A DNA stretch of 32,000 nucleotides from an archaeon. Its GTDB lineage: Archaea > Iainarchaeota > Iainarchaeia > Iainarchaeales > 1-14-0-10-31-34. Below are positions 1 through 9,632 of this stretch, piece after piece (within the stretch, counting starts at the first letter, position 1; every line of letters begins with the position of its first letter). The stretch is taken from the NCBI GenBank assembly GCA_024277355.1, contig JAJRVL010000004.1, positions 420,001-452,000 of the forward strand, written 5' to 3'. The notes below the pieces were generated by a model. That model ran no database searches. It saw only the letters and a list, made by a program, of their open reading frames with translations, and was not told the origin of the DNA. A program made the position numbers and the translations under genes.

Positions 1-1
1 A

Positions 2-703
2 ATTGTTCAGCCAGAATTCTTAAAAGTAATTACAAGAAAACCACAAGTTTACAGCGGAGGATTTCCATTCCAAGTAGAAGTAGCAGTAGCTTTTGGAGGA
101 AACGCAGGAAGAAGCAACTCAAATGGAAACGGAGAAAATCAAAAAAGAATGGAAGTAATGCGTTTTGCAAACAAAGCTCCTTTATTATTTGACGGGGGAG
201 GATGTGCAATAACTAAAGCAGTGCAAACAATTGAATGGAAAAGATACGGCATACAAAATATTGATGAAGCACCATTAACTGTTTTTGTAAATATTATTTC
301 AGTTCATATTCCTTATACTTCAGCAGGAAAACAAGCTATTTCAGATGAAGCAGAAGTATTAGAAGAAATAAGATTAGCTTTAATGGATTCAGGAAGAAAA
401 ATTTCAAGATTTATTATAGGAAAAAAAAGAGAAAAAGAAAAACAAGCAAAAAGAAAAATGTATATGAAATATGCGATTGAAGTAGCTTATGCAATAGGCG
501 AATTAACTAAAAAAAACAAAGAAGAAATAGAAAAAAAATTATTAAACATTGTATTAAAAAGACTTAAATTAGAAGAACAAGAAGACAAAAAAGAATTAAG
601 CGATGAACAAATAGAAAAAGAAATGAAAAAAGAAACAAAAAAACAAGACAAAAAAGAAGAAAAAATTAAAGGAAAAATTAAAGGATTAAAAAAAGTTAAA
701 TGA
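2..703 (+). CDS. top6B: DNA topoisomerase VI subunit B, C-terminal part (5' end outside window)
   Basis: The frame stays open upstream of the listed ORF to the window edge (IVQPEFLKVITRKPQVYSGGFPFQVEVAVAFGGNAG...). Top6B-type motifs 'RFANKAPLLFDGGGCAI' and 'NIISVHIPYTSAGKQAI' are present. It is followed by the Top6A gene. Confidence 0.93.
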   Translation: MVQPEFLKVITRKPQVYSGGFPFQVEVAVAFGGNAGRSNSNGNGENQKRMEVMRFANKAPLLFDGGGCAITKAVQTIEWKRYGIQNIDEAPLTVFVNIISVHIPYTSAGKQAISDEAEVLEEIRLALMDSGRKISRFIIGKKREKEKQAKRKMYMKYAIEVAYAIGELTKKNKEEIEKKLLNIVLKRLKLEEQEDKKELSDEQIEKEMKKETKKQDKKEEKIKGKIKGLKKVK

Positions 704-714
704 AGGAAAAATAA

Positions 715-834
715 ATGTCTAGAGCTGTTTTAAATGACCCCGGAAAATGCAACACAATTATTAATTATCGGAGCTTGGATTCTGGACAAAGTTATAATGT
801 TTTACATAGTAAAAAAAGCAGCGCATTAAATTAA
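715..834 (+). CDS. possible 39-aa small ORF of unknown function
   Basis: ATG...TAA ORF MSRAVLNDPGKCNTIINYRSLDSGQSYNVLHSKKSSALN in the top6B-top6A gap. It is less lysine-rich than its neighbours. No homology is recognised. Confidence 0.25.
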   Translation: MSRAVLNDPGKCNTIINYRSLDSGQSYNVLHSKKSSALN

Positions 835-908
835 ATAAAAAAATAAAAGAGGAAACAAAAATAAATTAAAATAAAAAAATTAAATGAATTAAAAAAAATG
901 GTGTGTTT

Positions 909-2003
909 ATGTCAAAAAAAGATAAAGAAGTAATTCAAAAATTAAAAGACGCAGGAATAGATATTTATAATCAAATAAATAAAGGACAAGACCCAAGCTA
1001 TCAGTTACCTGTAAGAAGTTTAAATAACGTATTTTTTGACCATAAAACAAAAACCATTAAATTAGGCGACAAAAAAAGTACAAGACAATTTTTAAATGTC
1101 GCCCACACAAGAAAATTCATGCAGACAATGTTAGTTGCATCAGAAATAAAAAAAGTAATTGAAGAAGAAGCAACAGTGTCAATCAGAGATTTATATTATG
1201 CATTAAAACATACAATTGAAGGAACAGAAGAAAACACTTTTGAAGACCAATCAGAATCAGATCCAATAATAGAAGATTTAGAGTCATCTTTAAGTTTATT
1301 AAGAGAAGAATTACATTTAGCTGCTTCAAGCAAAGGAGTAATCACAGGAAACATGAAAATCAAAGACGGAAAAGACACAATTGACTTAAGCAAAATGGGT
1401 TCAGGAGGATGGGGGGTTCCATCAAACGTTGAACCAGAAAAAATTGAAATAAAAGATTTAGATGCAGAATACGTATTATTTATAGAAAAAGACGCAGTAT
1501 GGAAAAGATTTAATGAAGACAAATACTGGAAAAAACATAAATGTGTTATTATAACTGGAAGAGGCCAGCCTTCAAGAGCAGAAAGAAGATTTGTTCAAAG
1601 ATTAAACAAAGAACATAATCTTCCAATTTATGCTTTAATGGATGCAGATCCATGGGGAATGTATATTTATTCAGTAATAAAACAAGGTTCAATTTCTTTA
1701 AGTTATTCAGAAGAAAAATTAGCTACACCAAAAACAAAATATATTGGATTAACAGTAAGCGATGTAGAAACATTCAAAATCCCAAAAGAAGTAACAATTA
1801 AACTAAATAAACTTGACGTAAAAAGATTAAATGAAATGAAAAAATACGAATGGTTTAAGAAAAAAGAATGGCAGGACGAATTTGATTTAATGAAAAGCAA
1901 AGAAATCAAATTAGAATTAGAAGCATTAAGCAAAAAAGGAATCAGATTTATTACAGAAAAATATTTGCCTGAAAAAATTAAAACAAAAGACTTTTTGCCT
2001 TAA
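909..2003 (+). CDS. top6A: DNA topoisomerase VI subunit A (Spo11-like)
   Basis: Contains 'TVSIRDLYYALKHT' (catalytic Tyr region) and the TOPRIM-like 'YALMDADPWGMYIYSVIKQGS'. Adjacent to top6B. A GTG at 903 is an alternative start. Confidence 0.95.
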   Translation: MSKKDKEVIQKLKDAGIDIYNQINKGQDPSYQLPVRSLNNVFFDHKTKTIKLGDKKSTRQFLNVAHTRKFMQTMLVASEIKKVIEEEATVSIRDLYYALKHTIEGTEENTFEDQSESDPIIEDLESSLSLLREELHLAASSKGVITGNMKIKDGKDTIDLSKMGSGGWGVPSNVEPEKIEIKDLDAEYVLFIEKDAVWKRFNEDKYWKKHKCVIITGRGQPSRAERRFVQRLNKEHNLPIYALMDADPWGMYIYSVIKQGSISLSYSEEKLATPKTKYIGLTVSDVETFKIPKEVTIKLNKLDVKRLNEMKKYEWFKKKEWQDEFDLMKSKEIKLELEALSKKGIRFITEKYLPEKIKTKDFLP

Positions 2004-2042
2004 TTAAGTTAATTTTTATAATGCAGGCAATATTATTTTATA

Positions 2043-2753
2043 ATGGCTAATTCAATAAAAGAAATAAGAAAAGAAATCAAAGCAAAAGAACATAAAGAAA
2101 AAGCAAAAATCCTTCAGGGCTTTTTTAAGACAGGAAAAGGGCAATATGGAGAAGGAGATATTTTTTTGGGGTTGTATGTTGGAGACACAAGAAAAATTGC
2201 AAAAAAATATTCAGAAACTTCATTTAATGAAGTTGAATTATTGCTTAAATCAAAAATTCACGAAGAAAGATTATGTGCTTTATTAATTTTAGTGCAGAAA
2301 TTCCAAAAAGCAGATGAAAAAGAAAAAACACACATAACAAACTTTTTTCTTAAGAACACAAAAAAAGTTAATAACTGGGATTTAGTTGATTTAAGTGCTG
2401 ATAAAATTTTAGGAGAATATTTGTTTGACAAAAACAAGGAAATTTTAGTTAAGTTAGCTGAATCAAATAATTTATGGGAAAAAAGAATTTCAATTATTTC
2501 AACTTTTGCTTTTATCAAAAAAAACAGGTTTAAAGAAACAATTGAAATATCAAAATTATTATTAGAAGATAAACATGATTTAATTCATAAAGCTGTTGGC
2601 TGGATGTTAAGAGAAATTGGAAAAAGGAATCTGGAAACAGAAGAAAAATTTTTGAAAAAACATTACAAAAAAATGCCAAGAACAATGTTAAGATATGCAA
2701 TAGAAAAATTCCCTGAAACAAAAAGACAAGCTTATCTAAAAGGAAAAATTTAA
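2043..2753 (+). CDS. AlkD-like HEAT-repeat DNA alkylation repair protein
   Basis: AlkD-family pattern: 'FFKTGKGQYGEGDIFLGLYVGDTRKIAKKY', 'VNNWDLVDLSADKILG', 'LIHKAVGWMLREIGKR'. Confidence 0.85.
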   Translation: MANSIKEIRKEIKAKEHKEKAKILQGFFKTGKGQYGEGDIFLGLYVGDTRKIAKKYSETSFNEVELLLKSKIHEERLCALLILVQKFQKADEKEKTHITNFFLKNTKKVNNWDLVDLSADKILGEYLFDKNKEILVKLAESNNLWEKRISIISTFAFIKKNRFKETIEISKLLLEDKHDLIHKAVGWMLREIGKRNLETEEKFLKKHYKKMPRTMLRYAIEKFPETKRQAYLKGKI

Positions 2754-3244
2754 TGTTTATATTCGCCATGCAATTCTCTTGATTTTGTTTTGCCTAATTC
2801 AAGGCTGTCTGTTTTTATTAATCCTGATTCAGGAAAATCAGATTTAACTCTGTCATAAGCAAGAGTTACTCTTGTTATTTCATGCCATAATTCATGCATT
2901 AAACTCTTGAAGATTCCTTTATTCAAAACCTGCTTATGGTTTACAGCATTAACAGTTAATGCATTGCAAAGTGAATTCATTTTTTTAATGCCTTTATTTA
3001 TTTCAATTATTTCTTTTTTTGTCGGGGGAATTTTTTCAGTTCTTAAATTTCTGTAAACGATTTTATTCAGTTTTCCTTCAAGCCTAATAGAAAATTTATT
3101 AACCACACGATAATCTGAAATTAATTTGTTTTTAATTTGTTTAGGAGAAAATTTCCTTACTGTTTTTTTAGGGGTTTTCTTTTTTATTGTTTTTTTAGGT
3201 ATTATTCTCTTTTTTGAGGCAGGCATAATAGTGTTATTAACCAT
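2750..3244 (-). CDS. hypothetical protein with HExxH motif (possible zinc metallopeptidase-like)
   Basis: 164-aa ORF with a lysine-rich N-terminus and 'IFKSLMHELWHEIT' (HExxH). There is no clear downstream third zinc ligand. Confidence 0.5.
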   Translation of the reverse strand: MVNNTIMPASKKRIIPKKTIKKKTPKKTVRKFSPKQIKNKLISDYRVVNKFSIRLEGKLNKIVYRNLRTEKIPPTKKEIIEINKGIKKMNSLCNALTVNAVNHKQVLNKGIFKSLMHELWHEITRVTLAYDRVKSDFPESGLIKTDSLELGKTKSRELHGEYKH

Positions 3245-3285
3245 TAGTATTTTAAATTTCGTTTGCCTATTCTTAAACAGATAAA

Positions 3286-3510
3286 ATGAAGCATTACGGA
3301 GTAAATTTTTTTGATTTAACCAGAATAAAAATAAGTTTATTTCTGGTTTTACTTGCAGGAATTTTAATTAACCAGTTTTATCCTGCTTTAATTGAAGATA
3401 CAGTTATTGTTGCTCAGGCAAAACAATTAATTCCTTCACTGGTTTTTTTTGCGTTAATTTCTTATGTTTTAGCTGCATTTATTGAATTTATTTATTTAAA
3501 GGTTAGATAA
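3286..3510 (+). CDS. small integral membrane protein (two predicted TM segments)
   Basis: 74 aa with hydrophobic stretches 'ISLFLVLLAGILINQFY' and 'LIPSLVFFALISYVLAAFIEFIYL'. Abuts the CutA start. Confidence 0.55.
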   Translation: MKHYGVNFFDLTRIKISLFLVLLAGILINQFYPALIEDTVIVAQAKQLIPSLVFFALISYVLAAFIEFIYLKVR

Positions 3511-3827
3511 TGAGTGAAATTGTTTTAGGTTATATTCCCTGCAAAAACAAAAAAGAAGCAGAAAAAATAGCAAAAAATTTAGTTGAAAAAAGACTAATTG
3601 CCTGTTCAAATATTATTCCTTCAATTAGTTCCTGCTACAAAATAGAAGGAAAAATATGCAATGAAACAGAATCCTTACTTCTCATAAAAACTGCTAAAAC
3701 AAAAAAGAAAATTGTTTCAAATGAAATCAAAAAAATGCATTCATATAAACTGCCCTGCATTGGATTCCTTAAATTTGATGACTTAAACAAAGAATATGAA
3801 TTATGGGTTAAACAAAGGAGTTATTAA
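3510..3827 (+). CDS. cutA: divalent-cation tolerance protein CutA1
   Basis: 105 aa: 'CKNKKEAEKIAKNLVEKRLIACSNIIPSISSCYKIEGKI...ESLLLIKT...EIKKMHSYKLPCI', a typical CutA1 pattern. Confidence 0.93.
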   Translation: MSEIVLGYIPCKNKKEAEKIAKNLVEKRLIACSNIIPSISSCYKIEGKICNETESLLLIKTAKTKKKIVSNEIKKMHSYKLPCIGFLKFDDLNKEYELWVKQRSY

Positions 3828-3828
3828 A

Positions 3829-5208
3829 ATGAAAAATTTAAATTACTTTTTTTATCCTAAAAGTGTTGCAGTAATCGGTGCATCAGGAAAAAAACATAAA
3901 ATAGGAAATGTAATGATGCAGAATATGATTAAAGCAGGATTTAAAGGAAAATTAATTCCAATTAATCCGCATGAAAAAATTATTTTAGGAAAAAAATGTT
4001 TTGCTTCAGTTACAGAAGCAGGAAAAATTGATTTAGCTTTAATTGCAGTTCCAGCCGGAATTGTCCCAAAAATAATTGAAGAATGCGGAGAAAAAGAAAT
4101 TAAAGCAGTAATAATTGTTTCAGCAGGCTTTAATGAAGTAGGAAACATTAAAATAACAAAAGAATTATTTCAAGCAATGCAAAAATATCCTGACATGAGA
4201 GTTTTAGGACCAAACTGTTTAGGAGTACTGCATGTAAAACAAGGAATTGACACAATGTTTCTGCCAAGAGACAGATTAGGAAGAACTCCTGATGGAAGAA
4301 TTTCTTTTGCTTCTCAGTCAGGAGCAGTTGGAAGCACTTTAATTGACTGGGCTTCAATGAAAGATTACGGAATAAACAAATTTATTTCTTTTGGAAATGC
4401 ATTAGATGTAAATGTAACTGACTTGCTTGAATATTTAAATAAAGATAAAAAAACAAAAGTAATTTGTTTGTATATTGAAGGATTAGAACATGGAAGAAAA
4501 TTTTTAGAAGTATCAAAAAAAGTTTCAAAACAAACTCCAATAGTAGTGTTAAAAGGAGGAGTAACAGAACAAGGAAAAAAAGCAGCAGTAAGCCATACAG
4601 GAAGCATTGCAGGAGAAGCAAGAGTAATTAAAGCTGCATTTAAACAAGCTAATATGATTGAAGCAACAAGTTTTGAACAATTATTTAATTATGCAAGAGT
4701 ATTATCCAATGAACCTTTAACTAAAGGAAAAAAAGTACAAATAATAACTAACGGAGGAGGCTATGCAGTTTTAACTTCAGACTTCTTAATCAAAAACGGA
4801 TTAGAATTAGGAAAAATGAATAAAAAAAGTTTTGATAAAATAAGAAAAGTCGTCCCTCCACACGCAGAACTAAAAGAAGTAATTGACTTAACAGGAGATG
4901 CAACAACAAAAATGTACAAAAAATCAATTGAAACTGCATTACAAGACAAAAACATTGACATGATTTTACTGATTGTATTGTTTCCTACTCCAAAATTAGA
5001 AAAAGAAGTAGTAAATGAAATAATTAAACAGCATAAAAAACAATTAAAACCGTTGATTGTTGTTTCTGCAAGCGGAAAATACACTGAAAAACAAAAAAGT
5101 TTAATGGAAAAAGAATTTGTTCCAACTTTTAGTTTTCCTAGAAGTGCAGCACAAGCATTAAAGGCATTATATGATTATTCTTTTTTTAAAGGAAAAGTTA
5201 AGAGGTGA
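3829..5208 (+). CDS. ADP-forming acetate/acyl-CoA synthetase, alpha subunit (CoA-binding plus ligase-CoA domains)
   Basis: 'FFYPKSVAVIGASGKKHKIGNVMMQNM', 'LIPINPHEKIILGKKCFAS', 'RVLGPNCLGVL', 'SQSGAVGSTLIDWA...SFGNALDVNVTDLLEYL', 'GGVTEQGKKAAVSHTGSIAG'. The ATG at 3829 is preceded by GGAG. Confidence 0.88.
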   Translation: MKNLNYFFYPKSVAVIGASGKKHKIGNVMMQNMIKAGFKGKLIPINPHEKIILGKKCFASVTEAGKIDLALIAVPAGIVPKIIEECGEKEIKAVIIVSAGFNEVGNIKITKELFQAMQKYPDMRVLGPNCLGVLHVKQGIDTMFLPRDRLGRTPDGRISFASQSGAVGSTLIDWASMKDYGINKFISFGNALDVNVTDLLEYLNKDKKTKVICLYIEGLEHGRKFLEVSKKVSKQTPIVVLKGGVTEQGKKAAVSHTGSIAGEARVIKAAFKQANMIEATSFEQLFNYARVLSNEPLTKGKKVQIITNGGGYAVLTSDFLIKNGLELGKMNKKSFDKIRKVVPPHAELKEVIDLTGDATTKMYKKSIETALQDKNIDMILLIVLFPTPKLEKEVVNEIIKQHKKQLKPLIVVSASGKYTEKQKSLMEKEFVPTFSFPRSAAQALKALYDYSFFKGKVKR

Positions 5209-5212
5209 ATAA

Positions 5213-7159
5213 ATGGAAAAAGATTTAGTTGTTTTATTAAAAGAAAAAAGAGTGTTTAAACCATCAAAAGAATTAATAGAAAATTCTAATGTAAAAAAAT
5301 GGATGAATAAACAGGGAATAAAAACTTATAATGAATTATTAGAAAAAGCAAAAGATATTGAATGGTTTTGGGAAGAAGCAGCAAAAGAAACAATTGAATG
5401 GAAAAAACCTTTTGATAAAGTTTTGGAATGGGAAAACCATTATGCTAACTGGTTTACTAAAGCACAATATAATATTGTATTTGATGCATTAGACAAGCAT
5501 AAAGATAAAGATAAAATTGCTTTTATCTGGGAAGGCGAACCAGAAGGAGAAATAGAAAAAATAAGCTATAAAAAATTATACAAAGAAGTAAATAAGTTAG
5601 CTAATGCAATGAAAACAATGGGAGTAAAAAAAGGAGACAGAGTAGGCATTTATTTACCAATGATTCCTGCTTTACCGATTTCAATGTTAGCTTGCGCTAA
5701 ACTTGGAGCAATTCATTCAATTGTTTTTTCTGGTTTTAGTGCTAATGCATTCAGAGAAAGAGTTAATGATGAAACAGCTAAATGGGTTGTAACTTGTGAT
5801 GGATTTTATCGAAGAGGAAAAATAATTCCATTAAAAAAAGCAGCAGATGAAGCATTATTAGAAACACCTTCAGTAGAAAAATGCATTGTATTCAAAAGAA
5901 CAGGAGAACAAGTTGAATGGAATGAAAAAAGAGATTTATGGTGGCATGAAATAACAGAAAAAGAATCAGATGAATGTGAAACAGAAATATTAGATTCAAA
6001 TGACACTTTATTTATTTTATATACTTCAGGCACAACAGGAAAACCAAAAGGAATAATTCACGATCACGGAGGATATGCAGTTGGAACAGCAATAACTTTG
6101 AAATGGGTTTTTGATTTAAAAGAAAATGATGTCTGGTGGTGTGCGGCTGATATTGGATGGATTACAGGACATAGTTACATTGTTTATGCTCCATTAATTT
6201 TAGGGGTTACTTCAGTAATGTATGAAGGTGCACCAAATTTCCCTGAAGCAGACAGATGGTGGGAAATAATTGACAGACATAAAATTTCAGTTTTATATAC
6301 TTCCCCAACTGCAATAAGAATGTTTATGCATTTTGGAGAAGAATGGATTGAAAAGCATGATTTAAGTTCTTTAAGATTATTAGGAAGCGTAGGAGAACCA
6401 ATTAATCCTGAAGCATGGATGTGGTATTACAAATATATTGGAAAAGAAAACTGCCAGATAATGGATACCTGGTGGCAGACTGAAACAGGAAACCATTGTA
6501 TTACTCCTTTGCCAATCACTGACTTAAAACCAGGTTCAGCAACAAAACCTTTCCCTGGAATTCAGGCAGATGTATTTAATAGAGAAGGAAAACCAATAGT
6601 TGACGCAGGCGGAGAACTTGTTTTATTAAAACCTTGGCCTGGAATGCTTAAAGGCATTTACAAAAATCCTGACAAATACCAGAAAACTTACTGGGAAATG
6701 TATCCAGAAGTTTATTTAGCCGGAGATGTTGCAAGAGTTGATTCAGATGGATATTTTTGGGTTCAGGGAAGAGATTCAGATGTATTAAAAGTTTCAGGAC
6801 ATAGAATAGGCAATTCAGAAATTGAATCAGCTTTAGTTTCTCATCCTTTAGTTGCAGAAGCAGCAGCAATAGGAAAACCACATGAAATTAAAGGAGAAAG
6901 CATTACTGCTTTTGTTATCTTAAAAAAAGGAACTGAAATTTCAGAAGAATTAAGAAAAGAATTAAGAGAACATGTAGGAAAAGAAATTGGAAAGCTTGCA
7001 AGACCAGATGAAATATTATTTGTTGAAGCCTTGCCTAAAACCCGAAGCGGAAAAATTATGAGAAGAGTAATCAAAGCAAAAGTTTTAGGAAAAGACACAG
7101 GAAATATTTCAACTTTAAGCAACCCAGAAGCAGTGGAAGAATTACTAAAAGCAAAATAA
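5213..7159 (+). CDS. acsA: acetyl-CoA synthetase, AMP-forming
   Basis: '[26 protein letters not shown]', '[17 protein letters not shown]', '[32 protein letters not shown]', and the acetylation-site motif '[15 protein letters not shown]'. Preceded by GAGGTGA. Confidence 0.96.
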   Translation: MEKDLVVLLKEKRVFKPSKELIENSNVKKWMNKQGIKTYNELLEKAKDIEWFWEEAAKETIEWKKPFDKVLEWENHYANWFTKAQYNIVFDALDKHKDKDKIAFIWEGEPEGEIEKISYKKLYKEVNKLANAMKTMGVKKGDRVGIYLPMIPALPISMLACAKLGAIHSIVFSGFSANAFRERVNDETAKWVVTCDGFYRRGKIIPLKKAADEALLETPSVEKCIVFKRTGEQVEWNEKRDLWWHEITEKESDECETEILDSNDTLFILYTSGTTGKPKGIIHDHGGYAVGTAITLKWVFDLKENDVWWCAADIGWITGHSYIVYAPLILGVTSVMYEGAPNFPEADRWWEIIDRHKISVLYTSPTAIRMFMHFGEEWIEKHDLSSLRLLGSVGEPINPEAWMWYYKYIGKENCQIMDTWWQTETGNHCITPLPITDLKPGSATKPFPGIQADVFNREGKPIVDAGGELVLLKPWPGMLKGIYKNPDKYQKTYWEMYPEVYLAGDVARVDSDGYFWVQGRDSDVLKVSGHRIGNSEIESALVSHPLVAEAAAIGKPHEIKGESITAFVILKKGTEISEELRKELREHVGKEIGKLARPDEILFVEALPKTRSGKIMRRVIKAKVLGKDTGNISTLSNPEAVEELLKAK

Positions 7160-7162
7160 CTT

Positions 7163-8395
7163 TTAGTTTCCTTCTTTTTTATTTTCCAGCAAAAAATTAA
7201 TTGCTTTATCTGAATCTTCTTCGCATAATAATTCAAAAAATCTTTGGACATCAAAGTTTTTATCAAAAGAAGTTTCAGCCAAATTTTTTTCTAATAATTC
7301 CATTCCTAAAGCTGAAACAGATTTTTTTGTTTTATGCAAATCCCTTAATTCCTGAATTCTTTTTTTAAATGAAAGAGAAGAAAAATTTTTATCAACAGAA
7401 AAAACTGCTTTCCCCTGAAATTCCTTTAACACTTTATTTAAATCCACATCCCCTTGAGTTAAACCTTTAGCCAAAGTACCATTTAATTTAATTCTAATTA
7501 AAGGAGTTAAATCAGAAGTATTCTCTGAAAGAAACACCGTAATCTGTTTATTTAATTTTGAAAGAATTTCATCTTCAAAAGCTTCATTAAAAGCAATTTT
7601 TTCATAAAACAATTTTCTTTGTTTTTTTAAAGGCAGAAAAGTTAATTCCATTGAATCAGAATCAATTAACACAATTCCTTTAGGTTTAGTTGATTCAAGT
7701 TTTTTCATTTGCGTAACAATAGTTGAACCAGGAATTAATAATTTTCCTCCTTCAAAATTTGTTTCAGAATTCCAATGCAAATGCCCGTTAATAACTAAAT
7801 CAAATTCTTTAGGAAGATTTGAAAGAGAAATAGTTGCAGCCATTTCATCGTTTGTCGGAAGAAATTCTTTAATTGACTGATGCAATAACAAAAAGTTTTT
7901 TATGCCTTGAATTGGTTTTGGATTATAAAGCTTTAATACATCTAAAGCTTTTTTTTCAGGAACTCCTCCAAGACCATGAATTGCTAATTTTTCGGTTCCT
8001 TTTTGAACTAACAAATAATTTGCATGAACATAAAATAAAAATCCTGCACTCTTTAATACTTCAATTGGGTTTTTGAAGTCTTTTGAACGAATTTCATGCG
8101 TTCCATGAATTGCAATAACAGGGATTCCTGAAAAACTTAATTCATTGTTTTCTTTTAAGATTTTTACAGGAGATTTTTCTGCATTTCTTGAAACAGAAAA
8201 TAATTCAAAAGCAGAATGCCAGGTTTCAAGAGAAGGAATCTTTGAATCAAATAAATCTCCAGGCATTAAAATTAATTCAGCTTTGTTTTCTATTGCTAAA
8301 GCAAAAGCTTCAAGAGAATTATTTAATGCTTCTTTTTCTCTTGCAGTTTTTTCTCCAAACCCTAAATGAGTGTCAGAAATTAAAGCTATTTTCAT
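7163..8395 (-). CDS. mre11: Mre11-like DNA double-strand-break repair exonuclease (metallophosphoesterase)
   Basis: 'MKIALISDTHLGFG', 'ELILMPGDLFDSKIPS', 'VIAIHGTHE', 'DLVINGHLHWN', matching calcineurin-like phosphoesterase motifs in Mre11/SbcD spacing. Confidence 0.85.
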   Translation of the reverse strand: MKIALISDTHLGFGEKTAREKEALNNSLEAFALAIENKAELILMPGDLFDSKIPSLETWHSAFELFSVSRNAEKSPVKILKENNELSFSGIPVIAIHGTHEIRSKDFKNPIEVLKSAGFLFYVHANYLLVQKGTEKLAIHGLGGVPEKKALDVLKLYNPKPIQGIKNFLLLHQSIKEFLPTNDEMAATISLSNLPKEFDLVINGHLHWNSETNFEGGKLLIPGSTIVTQMKKLESTKPKGIVLIDSDSMELTFLPLKKQRKLFYEKIAFNEAFEDEILSKLNKQITVFLSENTSDLTPLIRIKLNGTLAKGLTQGDVDLNKVLKEFQGKAVFSVDKNFSSLSFKKRIQELRDLHKTKKSVSALGMELLEKNLAETSFDKNFDVQRFFELLCEEDSDKAINFLLENKKEGN

Positions 8396-9279
8396 TTTAT
8401 TACCTCTAAAATTTCATTAAAAAATTTTTCAGGAAAAAAAACTAAAGGAAAAAAAACCACAAAACCTTTTTCTTTTTGTAATTCAACTAATTTATTTAAT
8501 TTTTTTTCATTTGTTTCACTTGAAACTAAAGCAGACAAAAAGTTCTTTTCTTTTTCTATTTCAGATAAAAAAACCGGTTTAAATTCAGTAAAAGAATTAA
8601 ATTTTAACAATAATTTTAAATTCTGCTTTATTTCAGGAGTCATTTTAGTTATTACAGGAAAAACATTACATCCCCGCTTAAGCATTAAAAAAGATGAAAT
8701 TAATTCTTCTTTTCTTCCTTCCATTAACACTCCTACTTTTCCTTCAACTCCTACTGGAAGTCCTTTTAAGCATTTAAATTTCCCTGAATACAAAAAAACT
8801 TTTTTGTTAATTATATCTGCAAAAATTTCTTTTTTTGGATTAGATAAATTAACTGTTAGACCTTTAATTGAATCCATTATTTTTTGTCCTGCCTGAACTG
8901 CAGCATCTTTAGAAGAAAAATCATGTTTTCCATTTCTTGAAATTCTTAAAGCAAAAGAATCTCCTTTAAAAAGATTTTTTTTTGCATATTTAAGAAAAAG
9001 TTCATTTAAGTTATTTAAAGAAGAAAAAGAAAAAGATTCCGCTAAAGAAACAGAATGCACTCCAAAAACTTTCTGAATTAAAGGAACAGCTTTATTGTTG
9101 TTGTCTGTTTCACAGATTAAAATACCTGAATACCTTCCAATTACTTTAAAGTTAACTGAATTGTTTTTCAAAGAAACTTTAATATTAGATAAAAGTTTTT
9201 TTACAAAAAACTGTTTTACAAAATGAGTTTTAAGATGAATTTCTGATGCAAGCTTTAAAACTAAAATTTCCTTAACCAT
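8392..9279 (-). CDS. ThiI-like THUMP-domain protein with degenerate PP-loop region
   Basis: THUMP-like N-terminal half, then 'CLKGLPVGVEGKVGVLMEGRKEELISSFLMLKRGCNVFPV', which aligns to ThiI '[23 protein letters not shown]...RGC' but lacks SGGIDS. Confidence 0.75.
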   Translation of the reverse strand: MVKEILVLKLASEIHLKTHFVKQFFVKKLLSNIKVSLKNNSVNFKVIGRYSGILICETDNNNKAVPLIQKVFGVHSVSLAESFSFSSLNNLNELFLKYAKKNLFKGDSFALRISRNGKHDFSSKDAAVQAGQKIMDSIKGLTVNLSNPKKEIFADIINKKVFLYSGKFKCLKGLPVGVEGKVGVLMEGRKEELISSFLMLKRGCNVFPVITKMTPEIKQNLKLLLKFNSFTEFKPVFLSEIEKEKNFLSALVSSETNEKKLNKLVELQKEKGFVVFFPLVFFPEKFFNEILEVIK

Positions 9280-9374
9280 AAAAAAAATAATAAAAAGAAA
9301 AAATTAAAACACACAAGTTATTTATACATAATTAAGTGTATTTAAATAAAAATAAAAAATAAAAGAAAAAGCAT

Positions 9375-9539
9375 TTAGCCGCTGTGTTTTGATAAGCTAA
9401 AAGCTAATGCACCTACACCAAACCACATTATTGCTAATGCACCCCAATTTGCTGCTGTTGGTTGAACAACCCATGCTGTTCCAATAGCAAACATGATTAA
9501 TCCAAATACAATACTTCCTTTTTTTGCAAAATCACTCAT
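9375..9539 (-). CDS. 54-aa small membrane protein
   Basis: ORF MSDFAKKGSIVFGLIMFAIGTAWVVQPTAANWGALAIMWFGVGALAFSLSKHSG, with a strong SD (TGAGGTGTAATAAAATG) and two hydrophobic segments. Missing from the supplied ORF track because of its length. Confidence 0.65.
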   Translation of the reverse strand: MSDFAKKGSIVFGLIMFAIGTAWVVQPTAANWGALAIMWFGVGALAFSLSKHSG

Positions 9540-9632
9540 TTTATTACACCTCAAAAAAAACTAAAATAATAATATAAATAACATTGTTTGATTAATAAAT
9601 GTTTGTTTTTTTGGAGATTATTAATGGTTTTT

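Noticed and set aside
1196-1522. Minus-strand 108-aa ORF inside top6A (and similar 1703..1933)
   Set aside because: Antisense shadow ORF rich in Ser/Phe/Leu, caused by the A-rich coding strand of a clear Top6A gene.
4148-5084. Cluster of small ORFs (4148..4357, 4365..4607, 4382..4621, 4761..5084) antisense to the ADP-forming synthetase
   Set aside because: Low-complexity Leu/Phe/Ser translations opposite an intact conserved gene; no ribosome-binding site or family resemblance.
6648-7266. ORFs 6648..6881 and 6841..7266 on the minus strand over the acsA 3' end
   Set aside because: Shadow ORFs opposite conserved acetyl-CoA synthetase motifs.
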